DNA of 64,000 bases, from NCBI GenBank assembly GCA_047967505.1, contig CM106538.1; one strand, given 5' to 3'. How positions within the stretch are numbered: position 1 is the stretch's first letter; each line of letters starts with the position of its first letter. This DNA is from Dipteris shenzhenensis. Its lineage: Eukaryota. The position numbers were made by a program, and so were the translations under genes. Shown here in pieces: positions 13,201 through 27,000 of the stretch. The notes under the pieces were generated by a model. The model was not told the origin of the DNA. It was given only the letters and a program-made list of their open reading frames with translations, and made no database searches.

Positions 13201-16200
13201 CGGAGCTCTCAGCGCTGTTGGTATGGTAGGCTTTGGGGGATTTGTACGGATGGTCAATGAACTGTACGGTCGGGTACGACAGTGTGGGATAGGAGTTCTT
13301 GTATGGTGATCCACTTGCTGCTGTACGGGCTGTGGTACAAAGCATCTGCAGCCTCCACTACGAGTTGCTCACGGGTGAGTAAATGCCTACTAAAAGCAGA
13401 TGAGTAAGGGCAGGCTGGTTGTTCCTTTGGGCGGCTTGCAGGTACGAGGTTGATAGGTTGGCTGTTGCCTCGGGCTGTGTACTCATGGCTGGGTGGTATT
13501 AAATGCCAACCACCCGGCAGTGGGCAAAAGAATGACCAGCATAGTACATGCTTGGTAAGAAGAATGCACACAGAGGTTATGCTTGGGGGTCATGCTGGCC
13601 AATGAGCAGTGGGCTGTGTTTTTCAAGAGTCTTGCTTGGCAGGGTGATCACAATGTATGCTCTCAGATATTGTTTGTGCTTTTGAGCACGGGGGGCAGCT
13701 CAGTTATGCGTTCGCCCATTGTTTGGATATCCGAGTGGATCAGTGAACACTTGTGTTTGATTGGGGAGGCCTTGCTTGGGCTGTAAATAACGGCTCCCAT
13801 GTTAAATTGTAAGTGTTTGCACACCTATGGTCACATGGGTGTGATAGCAGAGCCCTGCAGGGCTAATGTGTTGTGATACTGATGCCTCTGAGTGAGGGAA
13901 GAGCATAGAATGCGTGTGAGTTGGTACTCACTGTGTAATCTCTTTGTGGCACTCTTCAATTAATAAAGAAATATTGAAAGGGGCACCAAGGCTTTGGGGC
14001 CAGTGTGTGTCTTTGTATTTTGAGCAGGAGCGCTCTAGCTCCCCCAATCTGCCTGTGGAGTGTTTGCAGAGGATTTAATTTTGAAGGCTTTTGTTTGCTT
14101 AGTGTTCTACCACCCTCTTGTTAACCTTGAGGTTGGTTTCATGGCTCTGTTGCCGGGACATCACCATCTTTCTTAAGGAGGTGAGCCTGTGATTGTCTCT
14201 GGTGAAGTGTTGTTTGTTGTAATTCGATTACAGTGAGAAGAAAATCAGTAAATATGTCTTTGACAGATAATGATTGGGATATAGAGGGGCAGGTCTCCCA
14301 CGAGGAGCAAGACATGAGGGAGCCTTCCAGGATGACCAAAATGTGGAGGCACAGCGAGAGGTGAATGCTTTTGGTGTGAGTGCCTCTCAGTCAAAAGGGT
14401 TAAAAGAGGCTGAGGATGCAGAGGAAGCCGATGCTATTTTTCAGACACAGTTAGTGAACGCTGTGAGCGCACTCACGCAGGACCCGAGGTTCCTTGAGTT
14501 TATGCATACTCATTTGAGGGTCCAAGGAGAGAAAGAAGCATTCTCATTTAGGGGAGCGTACTCGGGTTCAAAAAGAGCCATTTGGAGTGAATCCATTGGA
14601 TGGACAGCCTTCAGTAATGCCAAATGTACAAGGAGTTGCAGGGCAACCGCCCTTCCAAGGTCCTGGTATGGTTATGCATGGCCAAGGGGCTGATTTTCAG
14701 CATCTAAATCTAGGGCAGCAAGCTCTTTCCCAACCCTTAATGCATCTGGGGTATTTTGGTGGGGGTTCAGTATTTCAAGCAATGGCTGGTCAAGTTAATG
14801 ATGGTCCAGGAATGCTTGGAAATTACCCTGTTTGTTTACAACCTGGGATGCAAGGGATGCAAGGCAATGTATTTGGGGAAATGCAGCCCGCAATGCCCAA
14901 CATGATGTATGGCAATATTGGCATGCAGCCAGGAATGCAAAGTGGAAGGACAGGAACCTTTGGAGCTCCTACAGGTATGTCTGGTATGCCTTGGCAGTGG
15001 GGCAGGTTTGACAAACCCTCTAAGGGGTAGCGGTAATGCAGGACAGGCTGGAGGGAATGCAATTCAAAGATTACAAAGAGGGTGGTGCAGCAGTGAAGTT
15101 TGAGACCTTTAATGGGGCTTAGGACAGGCTGAAGGCTTTAACTTTTGTGCAGTAGTTTTATGCAGCCTTCTCAGGAAGGAACTTTACTGAGTCATCTAAA
15201 ATGCAAAAGGCAGCCACCTTCTTAAAGGGGAATGCTCTACAGTGGTGAACAAATTTGCTGCTCCAAAATAGAGCACCCACGAGTTGGGTTCCGTTTAAGC
15301 AGGTGTATTCAGCTACCCCGTTGACCACTACCTTTGAGGTAGATGTTATGACGTACGGGCTGTGCACGGAGCCTTAACTGCTGCTTGTACATACTATGTA
15401 CGGAGCTCTCAGCGCTGTTGGTACGGTAGGCTGTGGGGGATTTGTACGGATGGTCAATGAGCTGTACGGTCAGGTACGACAGTACGGGATAGGAGTTCTT
15501 GTATGGTGATCCACGTGCTGCTGTACGGGCTGTGGTACAAAGCATCTGCAGCCTCCACTACGAGTTGCTCACGGGTGAGTGAATGCCTACTATAAGCAGA
15601 TGAGTAAGGGTAGGCTGGTTGTTCCTTTGGGCGGCTTGCAGGTACGAGGTTGATAGGTTGGCTGTTGCCTCGAGCTGTGTACTCATGGCTGGGCAGTATT
15701 AAATGCCAACTACTTGCACTTGATACATAGTGACGTATGCAAGCCAATGCGGACAAAATCACTTGGAGGCTACTACTACTTTGTTACTTTGGTGGATGAC
15801 TTCCCTAGGTTCACTTGGATTTATCCCATGAATTTGAAGTCAAATGTCTTCTCTACTTCAAGCATTTTTCCTTAGTAGAGAGTGAGAGTGGGGAAACACC
15901 CTCGACCCTCCACACTGACAAGGGGGTGAGTACTAATCTCGGGAATTTTCTGATTTTTTAACAACATGTGGTATCGTACATTAGTGCACAATGCCCCATA
16001 CACTCCGCAACAAAAAGGACTTGAAGAGCAGAAAAATAGAACAGAGTTGGAAATGGGCAGGTGCATGCTTATGGGGAAGTCTTTGCCCAATAAATTCTGG
16101 TTAGATGTTGTTATGTGTACCAATATGTGCTCAACCGAGCACCCACTCGATCATTGAAGACCATAACTCCTTATGGAGCATGGATAGGCTGCAAGCCTGT

Positions 16201-18442
16201 AATTTCTCACATGCATGTGTTTGAATCTCTTGCATATGCACATGTACCCTGTCAGTTGAGGCATAAGCTTGATGATAAGGCCATCAAATGCATTTTCATT
16301 GGCTATAGCTCACAGAGCAAAGGATACATGTTGTTTCAGCCTAATACAAGCAAGGTAATTGTCAATAGAGATATGGTTTTTCTTGAGCATGCCCCTTTAC
16401 CTTGGTTGGACTGTAAAAATAGCCATTAATGGAAGTCTCTGATGTATTTGATTCTCTACCACCCTTCACAGATTCGGATGACACTTTGTAGGGTATGACT
16501 CCAAATGCTTCTACAGCTTACAGCCTCCTCGTGTTGCCAATGTCGAGCCTGATATGCAGCCATCATGCAGTTGATCAGGCGGTTGATGAGGAGCAAGCTG
16601 TCATTAAATAGTAGAAAAAAGTTCCAAGGTGGCTCTTGGATACTCTACGGGACAGCAAGCATGCTAAGCCCTTGGCTGCTTGCACTATAGGTGCACAAAA
16701 ACAAATGCAGGGAAATTGCTTCAGGTTGCTTTGCTTGCTACTGCTTGTAATGAGGAACCTCTTTGTCATAGGAATGCATTTGATAGCAGAGAATGGATGG
16801 ATGCCATGAAAGCTGAGCTTCATTCCATTCATGCAAATGGCACATGGGAGTTGTGTGACTTGCCAGCAGGCAAGCGTGCCAGTGGCACTAAGTGGTCTAC
16901 ACATCGAAGTGGAAAGCTGATGGCAACATTGACCGCTACAATGCCTGCCTTGTTGCAAAAGGCTACTCCCAACAACATGGCATTGACTTTGAGGACACCC
17001 ACTTCACACATTACGACCATTCATTGTGTTCTTCTGTCTTGCATCTCACAGGCATTGGGAGGTCCATCAATTGGACATTAAGACAGCTTTCCTTCACGAG
17101 GATGTAATGGAAGAGGTCTATGTCACTCAGCCACCAGGGTTTGAAATTGCATGTGAAACTAAGGTATGCCGGCGGGAAAAGGCACCGCGGGCATGGTATG
17201 CCAAGATACATTCTTTTTTGCTATGCCTTGGGTTTTAGAACAGGTCTACAGATGCCGCTTTTTATGTCCAGGAGAGTAAATGAGAATTTCTGATTTTAAT
17301 TCTTTTATGTGAATGACATGGGTATCATTGGGCCCGACACAGAAAACTGCAGATTTCAAGGGAGATTGGCAGAAATCATTTGCAATATCAGATTTTTCAA
17401 GTGGCGCTACTATTTGGACATCTAGTTTGCTAATGTTGAGGGGGGGCATAATGATGATTCAATCCAAATATATAGGACAGACTCTCTTTATTAGCAGGCT
17501 GTGGGCTGCCTTATTTACTTATGTCATACTTGGCCTGATTTGCAGTATAACGTTTCCCAGTTAAGCGAATATATGCACAAGCCCAGCACGCAGCATTGGC
17601 AGGCAGTGAAGCGAGTCTTCTGTTACTTGAAGGCCACACAACATTTGGGACTGTTCTATAGTGATCAGTCTTCAATGGATTTGCATGCATTCATAGATAG
17701 TGATTGGGCAGGTTGTTACGACACGAGTGTCTCAAAGTGGAAACTGTTTCATGCTTGGCTCGGTTCAGCAAGGAGTTGCTCTTTCGAGTTGTGAAGCTGA
17801 GTACGGGGTAGCCTTCATAGCCACTATAGAGTGTGTTTGGCTTCGTAGGTTACTTACAGATCTTGATGTCTGCCAGAACTCCAACAGCTAGAGTGCTTCG
17901 GCTGTTGCGTGTAATCTTGTCTTTCATGTGCATACCAAGCACATTGAGGTGCTCTATCATTATGTTTGAGAGCGTGTGTCAGCTAGAGATATACAATTGT
18001 CCTACTTTCCCACGGAGCAAATTTCGTCACAAAGGCTCTACCACGACCCAAGTTTGAGGCTTTTCGACATCCCTTACACTTGGCACCATTTATTACGTGA
18101 TGTTGATCTCCCTATACTATCATAGGTTGCTATATCCATCTTGGACGAATATGTGCAACCCTAATATAGTTTCTAGGTATGCTTGAGATGTATCTAGGAT
18201 ATTTAAGCCATACCATGGAGGAGGGTTTAATAGCACTTAGGCATGGTATGGCCCTGTAGGCTAGTTAGGATTCAGTCACTCTTTAGGTTGATTAATTGGT
18301 CAACTCTTGTGGTTGACTTTGGGGCCTAGATAGGCCACCACATGTACTTTTTCATTATCCATTTGCAAGTACTCTCGTTTCCTCAGCTTGTTGTTTGCTC
18401 CCTTGCATTCCATTTCCATTCCATTGCTCCCTACACCCAACA
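10239..18442 (+). mobile_element. Decayed Ty1/copia LTR retrotransposon
   Basis: LTR 3' ends match (TTGTTGT.TGCTCCC...ACACCCAACA ending at 10293 and 18442). Degenerate Met-tRNA PBS TGTTGTCAGAGC at 10295-10306. gag from 11559 (DRLNGSNYPMW) with zinc knuckle CNYCKKPNHDISEC at ~12400. Integrase from ~15711 (LIHSDVC, PYTPQQKG, KLDDKAIKCIFIGY), RT (HQLDIKTAFLH), RNaseH (DSDWAG, TKHIEVLYHYV), PPT GGAGGAGGG at ~18217, 3' LTR ~18226-18442. Only ~55 bp of the 5' LTR is recognisable. Confidence 0.9.
12585..15710 (+). mobile_element. Truncated Tat/Athila-like Ty3/gypsy insert (LTR, PBS, gag, partial LTR copy) nested in the copia element
   Basis: LTR-like 12585-14141 ending TTCA; PBS TGGCTCTGTTGCCGGGA (14142-14158) resembling the TGGCGCCGTTGCCGGGGA type; decayed gag ~14256-15350 (Gln/Gly/Met-rich, then AATFLKGNALQW...SWVPFKQ); 15353-15710 repeats 13153-13510. 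Left boundary approximate. Confidence 0.75.
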
Positions 18443-18826
18443 AGCCTATCATTAATGATAGCAAAAGATTATTGTAGACAATCATGAAAGAAAAGTTATA
18501 TACTAAAACAAATTGTATGGCCTTTCTATTGTGAATGGCTTCAGGTACGATTAAGCCATAGAAGATTGCGGGTTGTGCGACTAGAAACATCATCCGATAA
18601 TCGTCGTATTGTTGGTCTGCACATTCCAAATCCAGCCGTCAACGCTGTTGTGTCAGGTATTGTCTTTTTGTATCACTTGTTATTTTGTGATGTTCCCGTT
18701 AAAGTACAATTGTGACACTGTAGCTCTTCTATAGGTCTTTCTGTGCTGTCAATGCTATTATGTTAGGTATTGTTTTTTTGTATGACCTGTGGTGTAGCTC
18801 ATAAGTGTTGGTATGTCAGAGAGAAG

Positions 18827-18868
<42 letters not shown>

Positions 18869-20752
18869 GAGAGTACAATTGTGACAGTGTAGCTCTTCTC
18901 TGTAGGTCTTTCTATGCTTCAAACTCAAATTTCCCAGAAATAGCTTCGTTGGGAATTACTTCCAACCTTTTCCAGGTATACTTTACTTTTGATAACTATC
19001 TGCCAAAAGTTCTTCGGGCTACTTTTCAGTGAATCATGTGTAAATTTTTTAATTGGCCAAATAACACGAGGAAGATCAATGGTATACATGAACTTGTTGT
19101 GGTATGTCAACTTAACCTAAGTTCTTCGTGGTGGTGGTTAGTTGCAGATAGGAGCCCATGCTTTTGGTACCTATTAAAGTTGATGTCAACACCATGGCGT
19201 ACCCACCAGAGTTCATTGTGACGCACCCCAAAATGATTCTGTGATTGGCTATACCCGAGCATGTTTTGACCTGTATCTTTTAAGCACTAGCTTTCTTGCT
19301 CAGAGGTTACATGAGAGTGTAGGAAGAATACAAGAGGTCAAATATAGATCAAGACTTATATTGTGTGATAGGCAAGAAGAACTAGGAGGTTTTAAACTTC
19401 AAAGAAAAAGAGGTAACAATTGGCGGTGGACCTCGATGACACATGGAAATGCACATAAAGAAAGGTGACCCCCATCAAGACAGGTTGGTTGCACATAACA
19501 TGTTTTCTTATTGAGCCAGTTGAGCTTAGCCGTAACCACTTAAAATGGATGCATGCATTCTTAGCAAGCATGCGGTGTATTCAATACTTTGCCGGATTGA
19601 GTCAGGTCACGCACGAACATGTAAGCGATCAACGTGTACAAAAAGGTATATTGGATCGTTTTCTTTGACGGAACAACAATCAAAGGAGTCGTTAAGTTAG
19701 ACTCACAGACCAGGCCACTGCATCTTTACGAGAGACAACAATGCAAAGGTAAGGAAATCATGTTCGTCCTTTTCCCAACTCGTACCATGCTCTTCTATAG
19801 GAAATGAATAGCAGCAAATGTCTCTGGAATTGATCTGCTCCCCCATGCTATGTCTAAAAGCATGAAGCCATATTGTTATGTGTAAATTTGTCGAATGCTA
19901 TCTGTTTAAACAAAGATTGCCAGCCTTTGCTGAGTGGAATGTTTGTAGCCCGCGTCAGAAATCTGTTTGAACCAAAGGTAGATGAAGTTGTCGGGGCAGA
20001 AGGCTCTGATTGATGCCAAAAGCGTACATGTGGGCCAATCAACCAAGGTGATTCTAAGACGATTTGTAAAGTGTGGAGCTGTCTCACCTACTAGTCGGGG
20101 GAGCGTGAGACTCTTGGAGATTTATTCGACAAATTCACAGGGGACTGGAGGAATCATTGCCACACCCTGGATCCAATGCTAGCTGGTGCTTACTTTAAGT
20201 GACCTTGCATAATGCAAAAATCAATGTAAATATCAATAATAAAATTGTTGTTATACATTATATCGTCTTGATACAACATGTGACTTTAACCCAATGATCC
20301 TTACACAGGGACACTGAATATTTGGATTTGACATGAACATGTCTGGGTTAGTGAACAAGGGTTCACAAGATGCTGAATATGAATGACCAATTTAAAATTT
20401 GTAAACTTTAGCAACCATGTACCCAGTTATTACATCTTTTAGATGGTCCATGGCTTTAATGCATTTTCTTTACTTTAGGGCTTGTTAAATGTAACTGGCC
20501 CAAGTGATTAAAATGACATTTTGATGTATGTTTACAGATTCACTTGGGTAAGTCTTGCATAGAATATGGTGAAATCTTGATGTGGTGTGGGCACGTGCGC
20601 GTAGATGGTCTATGGCTTTAATGCATTTTGTTTACCTAAGGGGTTGTCAAATGCAATTGGCCCAAGTGGTAATATGGCGTTTTGATGCGCATTGTGTATG
20701 TTATATAGCTTCACTTCGGTAATTCTTGCATAGAATATGGTGACAACTTAAT

Positions 20753-20785
<33 letters not shown>

Positions 20786-21120
20786 GAGAGAGTTTTAGAA
20801 GAGTAGTGTTGAATTTCTATCTGCGATTTTGATGGCCAACTTTAGGAGTAAGAACTATGCCACTCGTTCAACAACTTAAGCATTTCATTGACAAGGAGTA
20901 GAGTACAATTGTAGTTGTTGTGAATGCAATCTATCGCATGTTTTGTGCTAAAGATTCTAAGGAGTAAATTGCTGACAACTCTAACAAGGGAGTTTTTAAT
21001 GTAATCAAAGACCTCTCTAAAACTAGAGCTTGGGACTTGAAGTTGAGACCGTGAATGGTAAACCAATTGATAATGGAAAGTGGTACCTAGGTTTCATTCA
21101 ATCTTCTAGAAGATCATGTT

Positions 21121-21245
21121 AATATTGAATGGATTTGGTTGGAGTCACTAAAGGCTATTGTGGCGCAATATGTCAAAATTTGTTAATATTGAATGGATTT
21201 GGTTCGAGTCACTAAAGGCTATTGTGGCGCAATATGTCAAAATTT
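21121..21245. repeat. Tandem duplication of a ~64-bp unit
   Basis: AATATTGAATGGATTTGGTT...GCAATATGTCAAAATTT occurs twice in tandem. Confidence 0.85.
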
Positions 21246-22705
21246 ATTGAGTATTAATACTCTCTCTGTGGCAATTACACCAAATCATTTGTAGACATAT
21301 TCCAATTTATAGTCACATGCCACATTTGAAATGTAAATGAGGATTCAAAGCCTTGTTTAGAAATCAAGTTTGTACAAAATCCCTTTTGCATATATTCCAT
21401 CGAACAAATGTGTAAAACAAAGGAAGAACTTGACAATTAGAAAATACGAAGAGGGGCAAGAGGACAAGGTGGAGCATTAAATATGCTTCAAGATATGAAT
21501 TCTCAAGCAATTATGTGGAAGAGGTTATTTAGGATCAAAACAAAGGAGAGTTGTTGAGCGTTGATAGAAAAGGGCAAAGTAGTGAAATTTTAGTAATGGG
21601 AAAGCTTATGCATTGTGGTATTACCACACACACACAAAAATCCTTTTTATGTGAGTAAATTTAGGTGGTTATGAATCTTTAAGGCCCCAATAATAAATTA
21701 TCGAATGTTTTTGCTTTGGCATGCAAGGATGTATGATTGAATACATGTTATGGTAAAGCATTTGGTCATATGACAATAATTTAGTCCTAAATGTTGAAAT
21801 ATGTAGTAAAGCACAAGCACCGTCAACATCAAATGGAGGGCTATGCATTGAAAAATTTTCACATGAGTATAGAAAGTATTGGGTATTTTAAACAATGTAT
21901 TGATAGCAGAACTTAACTGAAACTAAGTAATATCTATGGAAAGGTAAATATAAGCAGTTGATAAGCCTTCTTGAAAGGGTACAACAAGTGCTTAAGCTTA
22001 CGCATCTTGATGAAAAAGTCGATTCTCTTCCTTACAAACTCTCCCTCGCATACTCTCAGATTGACTATATCTCTATTTCTGTATCTCACATAATCTCTCT
22101 CTCATTTCAACACTCGTATTCTCCTTCTCAGCTTTTCCTTCTAGCTATCCTCTATCTCTTCTTTCTAGTAGGAGGTTAAATCCTGTAATTGTGATTGGAG
22201 TTGGGCTTTCTACTCTTGATTGATGTAATGGATTTGGCATCAATTGAGTGTCTTCCTTTTCCAATGTTCAGGAAAATTATTCACTTCCTAGAAGGTGAGT
22301 TGAAGGACATCACACTCTAGCATGGCTACGAGCTCATTGGTTGAGAGGTGCACCCTTTTGGAGTTGAATTACAGATTGGTTTTCGTAATACCTTCTAATT
22401 AATTTGTTCCCCACGTTCAAAAGTTCGCCCTCCCACTTACCATGTTTAAAATGGGTTAAAGTACGCCCTCAATCGTCACATTAGGATTTCTCCCTCTACC
22501 CACTTTGCTTTCGAATCCATTCACACCCCTTGCAAAGGATGAGGATCTTTCCTTGAAAAGGAGAACATTGACAAAATTAAGCATGGAGAGGGTACTATTC
22601 TTTACTACTCATGTTGTCCATGGTGTATAGTTTGCTTTTCTTTAGGATCATGCTGGCGACGATGGGATCATGGAGCCCACCTCCAAGGGTAAATCATAAG
22701 GAATC

Positions 22706-22892
22706 CATGTGCTAAAGGTGTTCCTCGAGACCTTGCTAGAGGTGGTCCTCTACACTCCATCTCTAGCTTCTTTGAGACATCACAATTCTCCTCTCTTAAG
22801 ACTTTTGGATCATGTGCTAAAGGCGTTCCTCGAGACCTTGCTAGGGGTGGGTCCTCTAGACTCCATCTGTAGCCTCTTTGAGACATCACAAC
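22706..22892. repeat. Tandem duplication of a ~105-bp unit
   Basis: CATGTGCTAAAGG.GTTCCTCGAGACCTTGCTAG...TTGAGACATCACAA occurs at ~22706 and ~22811. Confidence 0.8.
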
Positions 22893-23878
22893 TCTGCTCT
22901 CATAAGACTTTTGACATCTTCGCATGATACAATGTCTAGAGAAGATTGATCTTTGAATCAACAAGCCTTTGCTTTCCAGGGGATCCTCTCCAATGTCTCT
23001 TTTTGATCTTGCAGTGGTCTATATAGATGTCACTCTATTCTCTCCCCTCTCAAAGGGATGCATTTCATTACCATATTGGATAAGCCTTTGCATTAGACAG
23101 AGTGTCATAAATGAGGGTTAGCATAAGGAATATATAGGTTCTGGGTGGCATTTTTACCTACTATAGGAAATGTATCATTGAAGACAAGATCCATCTGTTG
23201 GTCACTCACGAACCGACTGACAGTACCATTATCTAGGAGCATAAATTTATTGAGAAGAAGTGCTCTAGGATGGGAAAGCTCTTTAAGGCCATACCTTTTG
23301 GTCTACCTTATGGTTCGATGCTCTTAAATCATGTGGTAGAGTTCGCATTCTTTTTTCACTCAGCTTTGTACATGGGGTTTCGATTCATACTTGTAATGGA
23401 TTGTCCTTTTTTATGGCTCTTAGATATACTCAATTTGTATCCACTCGGGAGACATAGGGGTAGCTTTTTGAAATGAAGCATTAGTTATAGGAGATGCTTC
23501 AATATGGTAGAATAGCCCAGTACAAAAAAGGAGGTAGAGAAGGTGCCATCCTTCCTTTGGAGAAAGCAACATGGGAGTGTTTTATCCTTAAGGTGAGCAA
23601 TAGATTGTCGGTATAGGGTTGAGTTTCATGTTGGTGATGCTAGCTTGCAATACTTCTGAATGAATAGGAGATAGAGAGGGGCTAAGATTGACAAGTTTTA
23701 TGAGAATTATTGGGATCTTCAAAGAGAAGACAATACATCTATTTTAATAGGTACCACCACCTTTCATCACCTTCCTTACAAGGACCTTACTTTATCCTCT
23801 TCTAGAATGAGGATGCGAGATTCCCATAGAGCTTTTTAATATTGTTTTGCCCCTCTTTATTTTTTCTTCTTTTTAAAA

Positions 23879-24000
23879 GGGTGCAGCACTAGGACTTCCC
23901 GTCGGGAGGTCACCCATCCGAGTACTGTTCTAGCCCCAAGCGCACTTAATTGCGGAGTTTTGATGGGGTCCGGTGTATTAGTGCTGGTGTGACTGCACCA
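23879..24000 (-). rRNA. 5S rRNA: 5S rRNA-derived copy (processed pseudogene or 5S-SINE-like)
   Basis: Reverse complement reads TGGTGCAGTCACACCAGCACTAATACACCGGACCCCATCAAAACTCCGCAATTAAGTGCGCTTGGGGCTAGAACAGTACTCGGATGGGTGACCTCCCGACGGGAAGTCCTAGTGCTGCACCC, collinear with plant 5S rRNA. Followed by an A-rich tail; 14-bp TSD TGTTTTGCCCCTCT at 23843-23856 and 24003-24016. Confidence 0.93.
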
Positions 24001-27000
24001 CATGTTTTGCCCCTCTAGCCCTACCAAAGAAGAGTTTAAGACACTATTAGGACATGAAAAAAAAAATCAAAATGAATATTGAAAGGTTATTATTAAGTTC
24101 TGTGATGCTGAGAAACAAATGGTAGTCTAAGCAATTATGTGCTCGTCCTCATGAAATAAAGCATGCCACATCGCATCACCTTAAGTATTGGTGGTGTTTC
24201 AAAGAAGAAACAAGATTATATATGTGCAACTAGGCAATCCTAAATTAAGTGCAAGCCTATAAGAGTATGACCGTGTCCTTCACTTGGATCCCAAAGATCA
24301 TCATTCAACTCATGCCATTCTAGAAGATTTCCTTTGATATGACTTTGTCAAAAAAATAGTCTCTATTTTAAAAGGTTATAATTCCTTTGATCTAGGTGAA
24401 AACATTCACTCTTACCATATAAATTAAGAACCATTCTTAAAATAACAATATGCCCATACATTTGTGAGGCTTGAGAATGTTTGTCAAGATAAGATTACCC
24501 TTATAGAATAGCATGCCTTAACGATGTGAAGTAAATTGGTACAATTAGATGCAAAACAAGATATTATGCAAACACATAAAATAGCATATGCTTTTGAGGT
24601 TTTAGATTTTTTTGCAAGATATGATTGCCCTTATAAAATATCAATCTGTTATAAAGCGATACAATTAGATGCACATAAGGTGTTCTGCAAATGTTTCTTT
24701 CTCAACGTAGTAGTGAAACTTTTTTTTATCAGGTTTACATTCAATTTGTTTACTCATCTAGATTAAAACAATTTTTGTTCTTATGAGGATGTGCCTTCTT
24801 ATGTACAACATTTGAACTTGGACTTTTTTAGACTTAGCCCTAAGATTGTTTGCTATAGCGATATCTAGCATTCCAATACCCAATATTACCAATAAGGCCA
24901 AAACTTAGTCACAAAAGACAAACTTAAAAATCCTAACAAAGAAAAAGCCAAGTGAGACTAAGACTATCTATGTACCTCACTGAGGGACCAATTAAGAGTA
25001 CTCACGTTACTACAAAGTGAAGAAGAGATCTAAGGCAACATTGACATGGTGAAAACTCTTCAAGAAGTCTCTTAACCTAAGGATTCATAGAATCCCTAAA
25101 TTGAGGATTTGCACTTTGATGGAGTGGTTAATGCTTCTAAAATGCATTTATAAATTCTAGATACATACTCTTCTTCATAGGTTAATAGCTACTACCTACT
25201 ACCCATGCTACCTAAGACTTCACCTTGTTTATCAATTATACAGTGACTTAGATAGTTCTCACAATCTTTGATTTTTTCTAGGGGCTTTAGTCATAATCAT
25301 CTCACTATGCAATGCCTTTTTCTACTTTCGTGTCTCTACCTATGCTAAGAAAGCATTTCATGCACATGTATAACTTTTGTTATCCTCACCCCCAACCCCA
25401 ACCTCTTAAATTGAAGTCATGTATTCAAGAATCAATTCTCTACATCTAGTGATTTTAACCCCATGAGACCTTTTGTAATAGTGATTTACCCACATAAATG
25501 GCTCATGCATACCATAATACATACATATTTCACATCTTACAAAGCACGGTTTGAAATCCCTTAGTAAACTACGCTTTCATTAATGAAATACCATTAAAAC
25601 AATGTTTTTCTACCAACTAACTTGATATATGATTTTTGTAATCCACCAAGTGATAGATCGAGGCAAAATGTTTTTATGTTCCATTATATTTACAAGTTGT
25701 AACCATGGTGTTGAAAAGAAACACATGGAGGAACAATTTTAATCTTCTAAAAAAATTAATGATAAGCATGGGTACCAAATTTTGCAAAGACTGGGAGATA
25801 TTGTCTAGCATCTCATAGCTAGAACTGAAATGTCACCCAGTGTCTTTACATGTGTCATAAAGTCTCACTCATTTCTTTCAAATCAAAAAATATAATTAGC
25901 TTAGTTCATCACCTCGTATACAGACTTGAAAAGGAAAATACATACCTCATTTATTTATCACACCTTATGGACTTAAAAAGTCAAAGGTCTCATCTTTGTT
26001 TTCCCCTACATTAACCATATAAAAAACAACCAACCTCTAACTATCCCCTTTTAAATACAGGGTTTGTGTAATTGTGATATTCCTCTTGGGGGAAAAATAT
26101 GAGAGGTCCTTCCTATTGAATCCATTTTTTTAATTTTCCAATTACATACAAGAATGAACATTAGAGTATGTATTTCCATCTCTAGTAACTCTAAAAAGGG
26201 AATAGCTCTTGTTTGAGCAAAAAACCTTTGAGTGTCCGAGCGAAGGACCAAAAAAAAAGACATTTTTGCTTCAAAAAAAGGCATATTAGGGTATGCTATT
26301 AGAACCATGTTTCTCAGAGAAACTATATCTTTATAGCTAATTACAAAAAAAATGCATTTCCATTTCAAACGAGAATGTCAATTGCATCTATAGATTTGAA
26401 ATGCAATTCCATTTCAAATGAGAATGTCAATTGCGTCCACCATTGAGAGAGATTTTCATCAAAGAGAGCTCAAGCCCTTGCTTCCGTCAAGGCATTAAGC
26501 CCTTGCTGTAATCAAGGCAACAAGTCTTCCATTTGAGGCATCTTCTTCTCTTGTAGTTTTTTGCTTGTAGAGCTCATTTTCCTCAACGTTTTGCTTCAGA
26601 AAGCTCCCAGATCTGATATCTGGAGCTCAAGATATGGTGTTAAGAAGATTAGTGGGTTTCTTTCAGTGATTTTATGAGTTGAGAGTTTAGTTTTTGCAAG
26701 GTTCACTTTGAGTTTCTCCAATTCTACCTCCTCTGCTCTTCTTGAGCACCTAGACTCACAGAAGAACTCTGCATATGGAGAAGTGCAGCCTGTAATGTCT
26801 CTTCAGCCAACAATAAGCAAGGCAGCTCCCATAACTAATAGGTAGTCTCCAACAATAGCTTCTACAAGACTTGTTGGAGAAAATCCTATGACAACAGCTT
26901 CATCAAGGGCCTCTCCTTGACCTACAACTATAAATCGGCTTCCTTTAGCAAGCACCCTCAAATTCATGTAAGGTGACTCCAATGCTCAAATTTGACAGCT

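Noticed and set aside
19120-20180. Possible host-gene exons (balanced composition, some splice-like sites)
   Set aside because: No recognisable protein motif or consistent reading frame in the frames I translated.
23879-24000. Functional 5S rDNA unit or Cassandra TRIM
   Set aside because: Single copy with substitutions and insertions, a tail and a TSD; no tandem array and no flanking LTR structure.
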